Source: Azolla caroliniana
Taxonomy: Eukaryota > Plantae > Polypodiophyta
Assembly: GCA_043228905.1 (NCBI GenBank)
Contig: JBHGNT010000005.1
Location: forward strand, 8,184,001-8,248,000
Direction: 5' to 3'
Length of the DNA: 64,000 bases
Under the pieces are notes generated by a model. It worked only from the letters and a program-made list of their open reading frames with translations, was not told the DNA's origin and made no database searches. The translations under genes were made by a program, and so were the position numbers. Of this stretch, positions 12,295 to 25,174 are shown one piece after another (the first letter of the stretch is position 1; each line of letters opens with the position of its first letter).

Positions 12295-14380
12295 TCACTC
12301 CAGCATGGGGTGTCTTACTAGTCCGATCCTCTTTCGGCATGCATCCAGCTTGTCGGGTATCAGAAATTTGGTCAGCATATCTGACCCGTTCTCGTCAGTG
12401 TGGATCTTCGTCTGTCTTGCCGGACCCAAGTCTTTCATTGAGAAGGTCTGGTTGAGAGCCTTCTTCATCATCTGTATTTTGACTTGGTCCCGTCCGACGA
12501 TCAACATGTCATCCACGTACAGAAGGAGTATCAGGAAGTCGCCTCCTTCGAACTTCTTCACAAACATGCAGTGATCGGTCTGCGTCTTGTGGTACCCTTG
12601 ATCAGTCATGAAGGAGTCGAAATTCCGGTACCATTTCCGGGGGGCTTGCTTCAACCCGTAGAGGCTCTTCTTCAACCGGCATACCAGGTGCTCCTTCCCT
12701 TTCTCCACGAATCCTTCCGGTTGCTGCATGTACATCTCCTCTTGGAGGTCCAGCTGCTCTACCTCGAGGTCCATGCTTGCCGCTATACTCAGCACCGTCC
12801 GGATGGAGGTCATCTTTACTATCGGGGCAAATATCTCGTCGAAGTTCACGCCCTTGTTCTGCTGGAACCCCTTCACCACGATCCTGGCTTTGTATCTCGG
12901 GGGGTTGCCGGCGTCTCCCGGTTTCAACTTGTACACCCACTTGTTACGGAGTGCCCGCTTTCCTTTCGGCAACTCCACCAATTCATACGTATGGTTCTCA
13001 TGCAGGGAATCCATCTCATCCTGCATGGCACTTAACCATTTGCGGTTGTGGGTGTCATCCTTCGCTTCTTCGAAGCTTTCCGGCTCCCCCTCATCGGTCA
13101 GCAGAACATGCTGTGCATCCGGAAATCTCCGGGGGGACCCTTCTCTCTCTGAGAGAATATCTCCGTCTTCGGGCTTCGGTAACTGGCTCCTCCATTTGTT
13201 GTTCATCCGAATCCGATTCGGGGTCTTGGCCGGTTCCGGTTTCAGCTTCCTCTACTTCTTCTTCAGCCTGTTCGGTATCCTCACCGTAATCGGCTGGTCC
13301 CTTGAGTGCTAACCGGTCTCTTGCTGGTTGGGTCTGCTCATCGTAGAGTCGATCCTTACCGGTCGACTCAGAGTTCATTATCTTCTTCTCCGACTCCCAG
13401 TCGGCGAGCGTCTTGTCCTCCATGAAGATAATATCTTGACTCCGGAATACCTTCTTGTCGACCAGGTTCCACACTCGGTAGCCGAACTCATCGTCACCGT
13501 AACCGAGGAATATGCATGCCCGGGTCTTTGGATCTAACTTTCCTCTCCGGTCCTTAGCTACATGCACGTACGCGAGACACCCGAACACCTTCAGATGCCG
13601 GTAGGATACTTCCTTAGTGGTCCACACTCTCTGTGGCGTGTCTCCGTCCAAGGGTACTGAGGGTGATCTATTTATCACATATGTCGCCATCGACAGTGCC
13701 TCAGCCCAAAACTTCTTGGGTAGTTTTGCATGCGCTAGCATACTCCGGACCCTCTCCATTATGGTTCGGTTCATCCTCTCGGCCAGTCCGTTTAGTTCCG
13801 GCGTCTTCGGCACGGTAAATTCAAGGCGGATTCCCTTCGAGCGGTAGTACTCCTCAAACTGCCCCCGATATTCTCCTCCATTATCTGCTCGAACCGCCTT
13901 CAACTTCCGGCTGGTTTCTCTTTCCACTCTTGCGTGGAGCTCTTTGAAGACGGATAGCACCTGATCCTTTGTTTTCAATGGTGTGGCCCACAACTTCCGG
14001 CTGTGGTCATCTATGAACGTCACGAAGTACTGCGCTCCGGCATGTGACTTCGTGTTCACTTGACACACATCCGTATGCACCAACTCCAGTGGTGCATGAC
14101 GTCTCATCGGTGGACTTGGTCGGAAGGAGGTCCGGTTTTGCTTACTGGCCAAACAATCAGTGCACTTCTCCAAGTGCACGTTCTTCACTGGAATGAGGTT
14201 GTCGTATGCAAGCCTCTTCATCCCCTTCTCGCTCATATGACACAACCTCTTGTGCCACAGCTCACCGGTAGTGTCGTATGCCACGTTCACTTCTTCCGGA
14301 CATAACCGGGCATTCATCAGGTACAATGTGTTGACCTTCCGGGCCCGAGCCACAATCAGGCTCCCTTTGCTGAACTTCAT
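12295..14380 (-). pseudogene. Copia integrase and RT, frameshifted, with RT C-terminus and most of RNase H deleted
   Basis: WHKRLCH..C..C, LELVHTDV, RADNGGEY, NGLAERMNRT, YVDD. Reading jumps DLGPARQ|TKIHTDENG relative to the intact copy at 22379-25174. Confidence 0.93.
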
Positions 14381-14464
14381 GACACCGTTCTGGATGCTAC
14401 CCGTGTAGCCTTCATCATCTAGCCGACCGGCTGATATCAGGTTCAGTCGAACCTCCGGAACGTG

Positions 14465-15544
14465 TCAGACATCCTTCAACAACAACTTGCATCCGGTTGG
14501 TGTTGTCAGCCACACATCTCCTATGCCGACAATTTGGCATGTACCTTCATTCCCCATCCGGACACAGCCGTGATCACCGGCTGAGTAGGATGAGAAGCAT
14601 TTCCGGTCCAAGGTAAGGTGGAACGACGCTCCGGAGTCTACCACCCAGGTCATCTCGTCGCCGGCAAGGTTTATCTCACTCTCCTCGGTGATGAGCATCA
14701 ACTCCTCTTCACTTCCCTTCCGGTCCGGTCCCCTACGGTCTTTACCGTTCTAGTCCGGTGTCCGCTTCGAATCGGTACCGTCGGTTTCCTTGTCTTTTCG
14801 GAAATGCCGACAGTTCTTTTGGAAGTGTCCCGGCTTGCTGCAATAGAAGCAAGTAGGCCTCCCCCTTGACTTTAACCGTGTCCCTGACTTCTCCCGGTTC
14901 TAGGGAGTACGGTTTCTATGTCTTCCGCGTTCCAATTCGGTAAGGAGCGCTTTGGAGTCGGAGCTCGTATCTTTATCCTTCCGACACGCCTCCTCATCTA
15001 GCAAGCTCGACTTTACTCTTGCTAGGGATAACAGTTTTCCTTCCGGCCCGGCGTTGCCCAAAGTGACAACCAACGTCTCCCAGCTATCCGGGAGGGAACC
15101 AAGCAGGAGTAGCGCTAGTACCTCATCAGCGAGAGGTACTTCCAATGAAGTTGCTTGGTGAATCAGCCCCTGGAAGGCATTCATGTGCTCCGCCATGCTG
15201 GAGCCATCTTGGTACCAGAGTCTTACTAGCTTCCGGAATACCGAAACCTGATTGACAGCATTTTTGTTTTGAAACATTATGCCGATCTTCTCCCAGAGCT
15301 CATGAGCCTTGCTCTCTTCATTGAAGTTGTTGTACAGGCTCATGTCGATGAAGCACCGTATGTACACCGTTGTCTTCATGTGCATCACCTCCCATATCGC
15401 GGTCTCGATTTTGTCCGGTCTCTTGTCCCAGAACTGAACTGGCAGCCAAAGGTCTTTAACCACGAGCATGTCCCTCATCTTCGACTTCCACACTGAATAG
15501 TTGGAGCCGGTGAGCTTGAACATGCCGCCAAACAATTTGTCCAT
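14465..15544 (-). pseudogene. Copia gag, zinc knuckle and protease
   Basis: MFKLTGSNYSVWKSKMRDML. CFYCSKPGHF at about 14820-14855. WVVDSGASFH. Confidence 0.92.
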
Positions 15545-15841
15545 TTTCTGTGTCGTTTCGCTCTGATACCACTTGACGGGAACTCAACACTCCTTATGCA
15601 CAACGCTCGGCCACAACCGAGCTTAGAATCATACACAGAAAATGGGAAATAATGAACGACACGAAGAGGAGATGAGTACACAGGATGTTTACGTGGAAAA
15701 CCCAAACTGAGGGATAAACCACGGCAGCCCACAGGCTGCAAACTATCACTATGTTAGAATGTACAACAGTGAGTTCACAGAGGCAACGACCTCGTGCTCA
15801 TGGTCTTCGCCACACGCGGCGGTTACAACAGAGGCAACGAC

Positions 15842-15884
<43 letters not shown>

Positions 15885-16097
15885 CACAGTTACACACTCT
15901 CTCTCTCCTTTCACCAATGAGAATGACAACAACACATAAAAGTTTTCCCTAAGTCATATTTGTACTAATATGACTTTTCGGCTATTTACAAATATAGCCA
16001 CGATGGACTCTCAAAAACATATTTACAAATATGTCTCTTCATCCGGAGAGTGCTCCTGACCAAGCCTGCATCATCCAGATCTTGTCGGGCACTAGTC

Positions 16098-16320
16098 ATC
16101 CGGTTCTCACCGGGTCTGCACCATCCGGCTCTCCGTAGCCGGGTACTCCTCATCCGGTTCTCACCGGGTCTGCACCATCCGGCTCTCCGTAGCCAGGTAC
16201 TCCTCATCTGGTTCTCACCGGGTCTGCACCATCCGGCTCTCCGTAGCCGGGTACTCCTCATCCGGTTCTCACCGGGTCTGCACCATCTGGCTCTCCGTAG
16301 CCGGGTACTCCTCATCCGGT
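16098..16320. repeat. 54-bp tandem repeat, 4 copies in the 5' LTR (2 copies in the 3' LTR at about 12095-12210)
   Basis: Unit catccggttctcaccgggtctgcaccatccggctctccgtagccgggtactcct. Confidence 0.9.
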
Positions 16321-19300
16321 TTCGGCCTCGGCCGAGTTTGTTCATCAACACTGTTCTTCTCCCTTACCATCCGGAGGGACCTATCTCCCAACAAAGGGAA
16401 GCTTCACGGAAGGTGACACGATTCGGGGAAGAGGTCAAAATCGAAGTTCCCAGAACCGAGATAAGTCTGGGACCAAGTCGAAGTTGAGGGGGAGATCCAC
16501 GTGCTTTTATTGTGGGAAGCCAGTGCACTTCTAGAAAAATTGCCGACACTTTTGAAAGGAGAAAGGGGGAGCTGATGGTGTAGAGTCAAACAAAGTCCCG
16601 AATAGAAAGAACACCTCACCAATCGCTACAAGTGAGGAGGAGTTGTTGCTCATTAGTGAGGAAAACGAAGTGAATCTCGTCGGCGAAGAATCGACATGGG
16701 TGGGTGATTCGGGTGCGTCATTCCACCTAACCCCTGATTGAAATTGCTTCTCATCCTACACAACCAGAGATCTCGGATCTGTAAAAATGGGAAATGAAGG
16801 AGCAAGCCGAATTGTTGGAAATAGCCATGTGTGTTTGGAAACCTCAACCGGGTGCAAACGTAGCAGCCTGCATGTTGTACACAATGAATGCTCGAATATA
16901 CCGAGGGGAAGCAAACGTGGCAGCCTGCACGGTTGGTGAACTGTGGCGTAGGAGGTTATACCATATGAGCTAGAAGGGGATGTGAAAGCTTGCTGAGGAC
17001 AACCCCGTTCCTAAGGTGAAGAACGTGCAACTTGAGAAGTGCACGGATTGCTTGGCCAGTAAGCAGAACCGAACATCCTTCTGAACGAGGCCCTTGATGA
17101 GGAAGAAAATGCCATTGGAACTCGTGCATAGGGATGTATGCTATGTGGAGACGAAGTCGAATGGTGGTTCGCAGTATTTCGTGATCTTCATTGATGATTG
17201 TAGCCGGAAGTTGTGGGCTTCCATGTTGAAGACGAAGGATCAAGTGTTATCCGTCTTCAAAGAGTTCCAAGCGAGGGCCGAGAGAGAAACCAGCCGAAAA
17301 ATGAAGGCAGTCTGAGCGGATAATGGCGGAGAGTATCGTGGACCATTTGAGGAATACTACCGAAAATCAAAGAATCCGGCTCTTGTATACCAAGCCGAAT
17401 ACTCTAGAGCTTAATGGGTTGGCCAAGAGAATAAACCAGACTATAATGGAAAGGGTCTGAAGTATGCTTGCACATGCTAAGTTATCAAAGACGTTCTGGG
17501 CTGAGGCGCTGATGACGACAGTGTACGTGATAAACCGATCACCGTCAGTACCCTTGGACGGTGATATTCCACAAAGGGTGTGGAATAGCAAAGACGTATC
17601 GTACCGACATTTGAGGGTGTTCGGCTGTCTTGCCTATGTGCATGTGGCACAGGACTAGAGGGGGAAGTTGGACTTGAAATCTCGGCCATGCATATTTCTT
17701 GGCTACGACAATGATGAATTTGGCTATCGGCTATGGGACTTAGCCAAGAAGAAAGTGATTAGGAGCCGTGACATTGTCTTCATGGAGGAAAATACAATAG
17801 TTGATTGGGAGATTGAGAATAAGTCTCCAACTACCGAATCGAACTGAGTCGACGCTCGGCTAAATCGAGTAGAAGCAAATTCGATCGAAATCGAATATGA
17901 GCCAGACGGCCGAGTTAATACTCGGCAAAATCGAGAACCGATAGAAGAACGAGGGGAATTAGTCAAACAAGGAACCGAATTCGACTCGGCCGAAGAAGTC
18001 GAAGAAGAACCGACCGTGCCGAAAGGAGGCCGAAGATATCCCCTAGGAGAAAGGAGGCCCCCTCGAAGATTTCCAGATGAAGAGCGTGTACTGCTAACTG
18101 ATGAGGGGGAGCCGGAAAGCTTTGAAGAAGCTAAGGAAGATACCCACAACCGAAAGTGGTTGAGTGCCATGCAAGAGGAGATGGATTCCATGATGAGAAC
18201 CACACATATGAATTGACAGAACTGCCGAGAGGAAAGAAGGCACTTCGGAGTAAATGGGTATACAAGTTGAAACCAGGAGATGGCGGGAATGCACCTAGGT
18301 ACAAAGCACGAATAATCGTGAAAGGATTTCAGTAGAAGAAGGGTGTCGATTTTGACGAAATATTTGCCCCGGTTGTAAAGATGATGTCAATCCGAACCGT
18401 GATGAGTATCGCGGCCAACATGGATCTCAAAGTCGAACAACTGGATGTCAAGACAAAGTTTTTGCACGGTGATCTTGAAGAGGAGATCTATATGCTCCAG
18501 CCGAAAGGATTTGTGGAGAAAGGTAAAGAGAACCTGGTATGCCAATTGAGGAAGAGCTTGAACGGGTTGAAGCAAGCTCTTTGGCAATGGTACCGAAAAT
18601 TTGAATCCTTCATGACCGACAATGGGTACCACAAAACGCAGGCAGATCACTATGTATTTGGGAAGAAATTCGACAGAGAAGATTTTCTCATCCTTCCGTT
18701 GTACGTGGATGACATGTTGATTGTCGGACGGGACCATACAAAGATCCGAGTGTTGAAAAAGGCTTTGAGAAAATCGTTCTCGATGAAGGATATGGGTCTA
18801 GCAAAGCAAATCCTAGGGATCCACATTGTTCGGGATCGAACAAAGAAACTATTGTGGTTGTCACAAGAAAATACGTGACAAAGGTGCTCTAGAGATTCGG
18901 CATGGAAAGCACAAAACTGGTCGGATCGACATTGCTGAAGATTTGCAAGCTAAGCAAAGAACAATGATCGAAATCGAAAACCGAGAAGGCCGAGATGTCA
19001 AAGGTTCCTTATGCCTCGACAGTCAGAAGCCTAATGTATGCGATGGTATGTACCAGGACGGACATAGGATACGCAGTTGGTGTGGTTAGCCGATACATGA
19101 GCAACCCTGAAAGAGAGCATTGGGCTGTCGTGAAGTGGATACTTCGGTTCCTAATAGGCACCTCGAACGTGTGTCTTCATTTCGGTTCAGGTAACCCCAC
19201 ACTGGAAGGTTTTACTGACTCAGACATGTTGGCTGATATGGATACCAGCCGATCCACATCCGGGTACGTAATGACTTATGTAGGGGGAGCCGTTTTGTGG

Positions 19301-20207
19301 CAGTCGAGGCTACAAAAGACCGTGGTGCTGTCAACCACGGAAGCGGAATATATGGCCGCAGCGGAAGCTAGTAAGGAAATCATATGGATGAAGGAGTTTA
19401 TCAGTGAGCTGGGAATTTGACAGGAGGAATTCGAACTCCATTGCGATAACCAGAGTGTCATCCACCTTGTGAAAAATGCCAACTACCACTCGAGGACCAA
19501 AAACATCCAGAGAAGATATCATTGGCTCAGAGAGTGAGTAGATGAAAAGTAGTTTGCTCTAGTGAAGAACCACATGGCCGAAAATGGATCGGATATGCTG
19601 ATGAAGGTGCTGTCAGCCGAAAAGCTAAATGTGTGCCAACAGAGAGTCAGTTTGATGAAGTACCCCATGCCGGAGTGAAGGGGGAGTTTGTTGGGAAACA
19701 TGTACCTCCTGATGGGAAGAGAAGGACCGTGTTGGTGAGTATCGAAACCGAAACCGAAACCGAAATCGTTTTAGAAGACTATAATTGGAAATAGTCTAAA
19801 ATGCCCTTGTGGGTTATACTTGTAAATAGCAAGAAAGTTGCTTTTTTGTTTATAAGCAACTAGGGCAAACCTTAGTGGTGTGGGAGTGTAGTTGATCATT
19901 ATTGGAAAAAGTTAGAACGAGATAGTTGCCTCTGTAACCGTGAGTGAGAGAGTAACTCTGAAGCCGTCTGTCAGACGAAGGAGAACTCAAGGTCGTTGCC
20001 TCCGAGTTCCGTATTTGTATTTCCTTTCTACTATAGTGATCTGTTTTCTTGGAGTTTGTGAACCCCGTGGGTTTTTCCCATTTCGGGGTTTCCATGTAAA
20101 AATATTGGTGTCTCTGTGTCTGCACATTTTTCTGTCTGTGTACTACTTCTTGTTCTCTACACACGAATACGAACGTGAAACCGGTTGTGGTTGGTCGATT
20201 TCTAACA

Positions 20208-20860
20208 TATGTTCACTTGGCACCTCAAGTTCTTCCATTCGCCTCCAAAGATGTTCACGAGGTACCATATCAAAAGCTTTCTTGAAGTCTACAAGAATAT
20301 AAACCTTTACTTCTAAGGCGACTTTCCTCCATTAATACTCAAAGGGTGACAAGGTGATCAATGGTGCTATGGTGTTTTCGAAAGCTAGCTTGTCCATAAA
20401 CTCTCTTACCATTTTTCTCAACCCATATACTTATCTTTGATTCCATTACACATCCAAATAGTTTTGCCATTAATGAGGCAACCATGATGGTTCGATAGTT
20501 GTTTACATTATTTACATCCCCACCTTTATGTAAAGGTTTGATCCAATTAGTAGTCCAATCATACGACATACCATGTTGCAATGCATCATTAAACATATCG
20601 TTTATCCGTACATGTGCTTCCTTTCCCGTCCATTTGAGCATTTCAACCTTTATACATTGAAGGTCGCTTGGCTTTCGAGAGGCCAATTTCTTAAGTCCTA
20701 TGCATATACGTTCAATTGTAAAGAAGGGAGACATATGTGAAAGAGAACCGTAACACATCATCTTTCCGGCAAGTGATAACTCATATAAATTCTTACAATG
20801 CATAGACAAGTCATGAAGAGTTAAGTCACCATAACTCTCAACACGTTTCCTCTTAAGATT
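20208..20860 (-). mobile_element. RTE LINE RT N-terminal part (same element as 8711-9889)
   Basis: PLHKGGDVNNVNNYRTI, QASFRKHHSTIDH, VDFKKAFDMVPRE. Reading joins MLAISRIYEK across the copia TSD. Confidence 0.88.
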
Positions 20861-20953
20861 TCCTTAAATTTTAGCACATGCATGTGCACAGAGAAGTCAG
20901 GAGAAACAGAGAGACCAGAACACAGAAAACTCAGATTCAAAAATAATAATCTG

Positions 20954-21723
20954 TGTTGAGCAAGCAAGCTCAACCGGATCCGGATTGGCTGAATAAGCCA
21001 AAGCCGGATGGGTGTCCGGATGATATCCGGAACCAGGAGCCGGATCAGATTTAAACCGGTAGGCCGTTAGAGGCCTACGTATCCATCCAAGTACGTAGGC
21101 ATATTTTTGGGAGTCAATGATAGTCGCTCGTATGAGCATTGAAGTACTTGTTAGTACTTCTGTCAGTCCTTTATGGACTTGTATAAAAGTGCTCTCTGAG
21201 CACATTCTTTGTGCATAGAGAAATATTTTTTTAGAATAGAGTTTTATGTTCTACTCTCTCTTTGTCTCTCCCATGTATGCTAAATATTCTCCTGTGTTTT
21301 CTATTCTTTGTTGCTGCCCGGCTAAACCGGTTTTGTCAAGCTTCCGCACGCTAACTTTTACATGGTCTTAGAGCGCAAGGGTTGAGACTCCTCTGCAGCT
21401 GACAAACACTTTCGAAGACAAACCCTAACACCCAGTGAAGAACAATAGAGAACCAAAATGGACAGAGGTATGGCAAGTTCACTTCCCATAGAAAAGCTCG
21501 ACCGGAGGAACTATGCATCTTGGTCATATAAAATGCACCAGTACCTACTAGGGCATGGATATTGGAGCTATGTGGAAGGAACCAATGAGGTAGCACCGGA
21601 GCCGACACACAAACACTTCCCGGCATGGGAGCAAGGAGTGAGCTGAGTATTGTACTGCGTCGCGTCCAGTGTGCACGATCACATGCTCGACTACATCAAG
21701 GATGCAAAAACGCCAAAGGAGGC
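20954..21723 (+). mobile_element. Truncated copia family C: 5' LTR 20954-21362, PBS 21363-21374, gag start 21458
   Basis: TGTTGAGCAAGC...TTTACA followed by TGGTCTTAGAGC. MDRGMASSLPIEKLDR. Confidence 0.9.
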
Positions 21724-22378
21724 TGTCGGACTTCCGTCGTCGGCCACAACCGAGGAACTGGATCGATTCACAGAAAACGGGAAATACAACAATGCACGAA
21801 AACAATAGAGAGAAGGGTACACTGGATGTTTTACGTGGAAAACCCTAAATGGGAAAAAACCACGGGAGTGCAGGACTCCAACTATCACTATACGCGGGAA
21901 TGTACAATGGCGAGCCGCAAGGCAACGACCTTGAGCTCACTGTCCTCGCCACAGGCGGCGGTATTACACAGAGGCGTCGACCTCTTCCTTCCTCTCTTTC
22001 TCTCACCTTCACTCGGCTGCTCTCACTTCGCTCCCTCTTAGTGGAAAACAGAAAATGAGCAACAACTGTTAAACTATTTGCCCTAAGTCATATTTATACA
22101 CATATGACTTTCGGGCTATTTACAAATATAGCCTCAAGGGCTCTTGGCAAAACATATTCACAAATATGTCCCCGCATCCGGATCTCTCTCCGGGTACATT
22201 CGTCATCCGGCTCCGTAACCGGGGTCTTCATCATCCGGAAAGCCGTAGCCGGGTACTCTTCATCCGGCTTCATGCCGGGTACTCTTCATCACCCGGTTCC
22301 GTAACGGTCTCCGGGCTTGCCGTCATTCATCTCCGGACATCCCATCCGGAGGGACCGAAATTCCAACAAACTCCCCCT

Positions 22379-25174
22379 TCACTTCGGCATGGGATGTCTC
22401 TCCAATCCGAGCCTCTTCCGGCATGCTTCCAGCTTGTCGGGTGTGAGCACTTTGGTCAGCATATCTAAGCCGTTCTCGTCCGTGTGGATCTTCGTCAGCA
22501 CGAACTCCTGGTCTTCTATCCTTTCCCGGATCCAGTGATATCTTCGCTGGATGTGCTTCGTCCGGGAGTGATAGGCCGCGTTCTTCGCAAGGTGGATGGC
22601 ACTCTGACTGTCGCAGTAGAGTCGGTACTCCTCCTGCCGGATACCGAGCTCTCTAATGAAGTCCTTCATCCATATCATTTCCTTGCCAGCTTCAACAGCC
22701 GCCATGTACTCCGCCTCCGTGGTTGACAACGCAACCGTCTTCTGCAGCCTCGACTGCCACGAAACAGCTCCCCCTGCATACGTCATCACATACCCTGATG
22801 TGGACCGGCTGGTATCTGCATCAGCCGACATATCCGAATCGGTAAAGCCGTCGAGTTCGGGCTTACCGGAGCCGAATCGGAGGCACACGTTTGCCGTGCC
22901 TTTCAGGTATCGGAGTATCCACTTGGCCGCGTTCCAATGCTCTTTGCCGGGATTGCTCATGTACCGGCTCACCACTCCGACTGCATATCCTATGTCCGGT
23001 CTCGTACACACCATGGCGTACATCAAGCTCCCGATGGCTGAGGCATACGGCACTTTCATCATATCCTCCTTTTCAGCCTTTGTCTTGGGACTTTGCTTGT
23101 TGGACAGCTTGCAGTTTGCCGGGAGGGTCGATCCGACCGGTCTTGCTTCCGACATGTTGAACCGGTGAAGCACCTTCGTCACGTACTTCTCCTGTGACAG
23201 CCACAACTGCTTCTTCTTCCGGTCCCGGATGATGTGCATCCCTAGTATTTGCCTCGCCGGACCCAAGTCCTTCATTGAGAAGGTTCGGTGAAGAGCCTTC
23301 TTCAGCATCCGTATCTTGACCTGGTCCCGTCCGACGATCAACATGTCGTCCACGTACAGGAGGAGTATTAGAAAGTCTCCTCCTTCGAACTTCTTCACAA
23401 ACACGCAGTGGTCGGATTGCGTTTTGAGGTACCCTTCGTCGGTCATGAAGGAGTCGAACTTCCGGTACCATTGCCGGGGAGCCTGCTTCAGTCCGTAAAG
23501 GCTCTTCTTCAACCGGCATACCAGGTGCTCCTTCCCTTTCTTCTCGAATCCTTCTGGTTGCTGCATGTAGATCTCTTCTTCGAGGTCACCGTGAAGGAAT
23601 GCCGTCTTCACGTCCATCTGTTCTACCTCGAGGTCCATGCTTGCCGCTATGCTCAGCACCGTCCGGATGGAGGTCATCTTCACTACCGGGGTTAATATCT
23701 CGTCGAAGTCGACGCCCTTCTTCTGCTGGAACCCCTTCACCACGATCCTGGCTTTGTATCTCGGGGGGTTTCCGGCATCTCCCGGTTTCAGCTTGAACAC
23801 CCACTTGTTTCGAAGTGCCCGCTTTCCTTTCGGCAACTCCACAAGTTCATATGTGTGGTTCTCATGCAGGGAATCCATCTCGTCCTGCATGGCACTCAAC
23901 CACCTGCGGCTCTGGGTGTCATGCTTTGCTTCTTCAAAGCTCTCCGGCTCCCCCTCGTCGGTTAGCAGCACGTGCTCTGGTTCCGGAAATCTCCGGGGGG
24001 CCCTTCTCTCCCTTAGAGGATATCTCCGTTCTGGAGCTTCGGTAACCGGTTCTTCCGATTCTTCTTCATCCGAATCCATTTCGGGATCGGGGCCGGTTCC
24101 GGTATCATTTTCATCTTCTTCGGCCGGATCTGTTTCTTCACCGTCTTCGGCCGGATCCTCGAGTGCTAACCGGTCCCTTGCCGGTCGGGACTGCTCCTCG
24201 TAGAGTTGATCCTCACCGGTCGACTTGGAGCTCTTCATCTTCTTCTCCGACTCCAAGTCGGCGAGTGTCTTGTTCTCCATGAAGATGATATCACGACTCC
24301 GGAATATCTTCTTGTCGACCGGGTCCCATACTCGGTAGCCGAACTCGTCATCGCCGTAACCGAGGAATATACATGGCCGGGTCTTTGGATCTAGCTTTCC
24401 TCTCCAGTCCTTTGCCACATGCACGTATGCGAGACACCCAAACACCTTCAGATGCCGGTAGGACACTTCCTTACCGGTCCACACTTTCTGCGGCGTGTCT
24501 CCGTCCAACGGTACTGAGGGTGATCTGTTTATCACGTATGTCGCCGTCGACATTGCCTCAGCCCAAAACCCCTTGGGTAATTTCGCATGCGCCAGCATAC
24601 TCCGGACCCTCTCCATTATGGTCCGGTTCATCCTCTCGGCCAGCCCGTTCAGTTCCGGCGTCTTCGGCACAGTAAACTCGAGCCGGATTCCTTTCGAGCG
24701 ACAGTACTCCTGGAACTGCCCCCGGTATTCCCCTCCGTTATCCGCTCGTATCGCTTTCAGCTTCTTGCCGGATTCTCTCTCCACTCTCGCGTGGAGTTCT
24801 TTGAAGACGGACAACACTTGGTCCTTTGTCTTCAACGGTGCCGTCCACAGCTTCCGGCTGTGATCATCAATGAATGTCACGAAGTACTGGGCTCCGCCAT
24901 GTGACTTCGTTTCTACCTGACACACATCAGTGTGCACCAGCTCCAATGGTGCGCTACGTCTCGTCGGTGGCCTTGAGTGGAAGGAGGTCCGGTTTTGCTT
25001 ACCGGCCAGGCAGTCGGTGCACTTCTCCAGGTGCACATGCTTCACTGGAATAAGGTTGTCTTCTGCAAGCCTCTTCATCCCCTTCTCACTCATGTGGCAC
25101 AGTCTTGTGTGCCACAGCTCACCGGCAGTGTCGGCTGCCACGTTCAGCTCCTCCGGACATAGCCGGGAATTCAT
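22379..25174 (-). CDS. Copia pol (integrase-RT-RNase H), 931 aa open
   Basis: Complete integrase zinc-binding and DDE motifs, RT YVDD, RNase H FTDSD/EAEY/YCDS/RTKHI, with no stops. Confidence 0.95.
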   Translation of the reverse strand: MNSRLCPEELNVAADTAGELWHTRLCHMSEKGMKRLAEDNLIPVKHVHLEKCTDCLAGKQNRTSFHSRPPTRRSAPLELVHTDVCQVETKSHGGAQYFVTFIDDHSRKLWTAPLKTKDQVLSVFKELHARVERESGKKLKAIRADNGGEYRGQFQEYCRSKGIRLEFTVPKTPELNGLAERMNRTIMERVRSMLAHAKLPKGFWAEAMSTATYVINRSPSVPLDGDTPQKVWTGKEVSYRHLKVFGCLAYVHVAKDWRGKLDPKTRPCIFLGYGDDEFGYRVWDPVDKKIFRSRDIIFMENKTLADLESEKKMKSSKSTGEDQLYEEQSRPARDRLALEDPAEDGEETDPAEEDENDTGTGPDPEMDSDEEESEEPVTEAPERRYPLRERRAPRRFPEPEHVLLTDEGEPESFEEAKHDTQSRRWLSAMQDEMDSLHENHTYELVELPKGKRALRNKWVFKLKPGDAGNPPRYKARIVVKGFQQKKGVDFDEILTPVVKMTSIRTVLSIAASMDLEVEQMDVKTAFLHGDLEEEIYMQQPEGFEKKGKEHLVCRLKKSLYGLKQAPRQWYRKFDSFMTDEGYLKTQSDHCVFVKKFEGGDFLILLLYVDDMLIVGRDQVKIRMLKKALHRTFSMKDLGPARQILGMHIIRDRKKKQLWLSQEKYVTKVLHRFNMSEARPVGSTLPANCKLSNKQSPKTKAEKEDMMKVPYASAIGSLMYAMVCTRPDIGYAVGVVSRYMSNPGKEHWNAAKWILRYLKGTANVCLRFGSGKPELDGFTDSDMSADADTSRSTSGYVMTYAGGAVSWQSRLQKTVALSTTEAEYMAAVEAGKEMIWMKDFIRELGIRQEEYRLYCDSQSAIHLAKNAAYHSRTKHIQRRYHWIRERIEDQEFVLTKIHTDENGLDMLTKVLTPDKLEACRKRLGLERHPMPK

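Larger units (their letters stand above)
11589..16393 (-). mobile_element. Complete, internally deleted copia family A: LTRs 11589-12284 and 15574-16393, TSD AAGGG
   Basis: PBS TGGTATCAGAGC (reverse complement, 15560-15571). PPT reverse complement at 12285-12296. AAGGG on both sides. Confidence 0.96.
9890..20207 (+). mobile_element. Complete but decayed Tork-like copia: LTRs 9890-10415 and 19689-20207, PBS 10419-10430, PPT about 19677-19688. Hosts two nested insertions
   Basis: Matching LTRs TGTTGGG...CTAACA with TSD TATAT/TATGT. Gag at 10432. Integrase, RT and RNase H fragments at 16400-19678 carry many stops. Confidence 0.93.

Noticed and set aside
15986-16487. ORFs with 18-aa repeats (also 11969-12242)
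   Set aside because: Translation of the 54-bp LTR tandem repeat, open on both strands.
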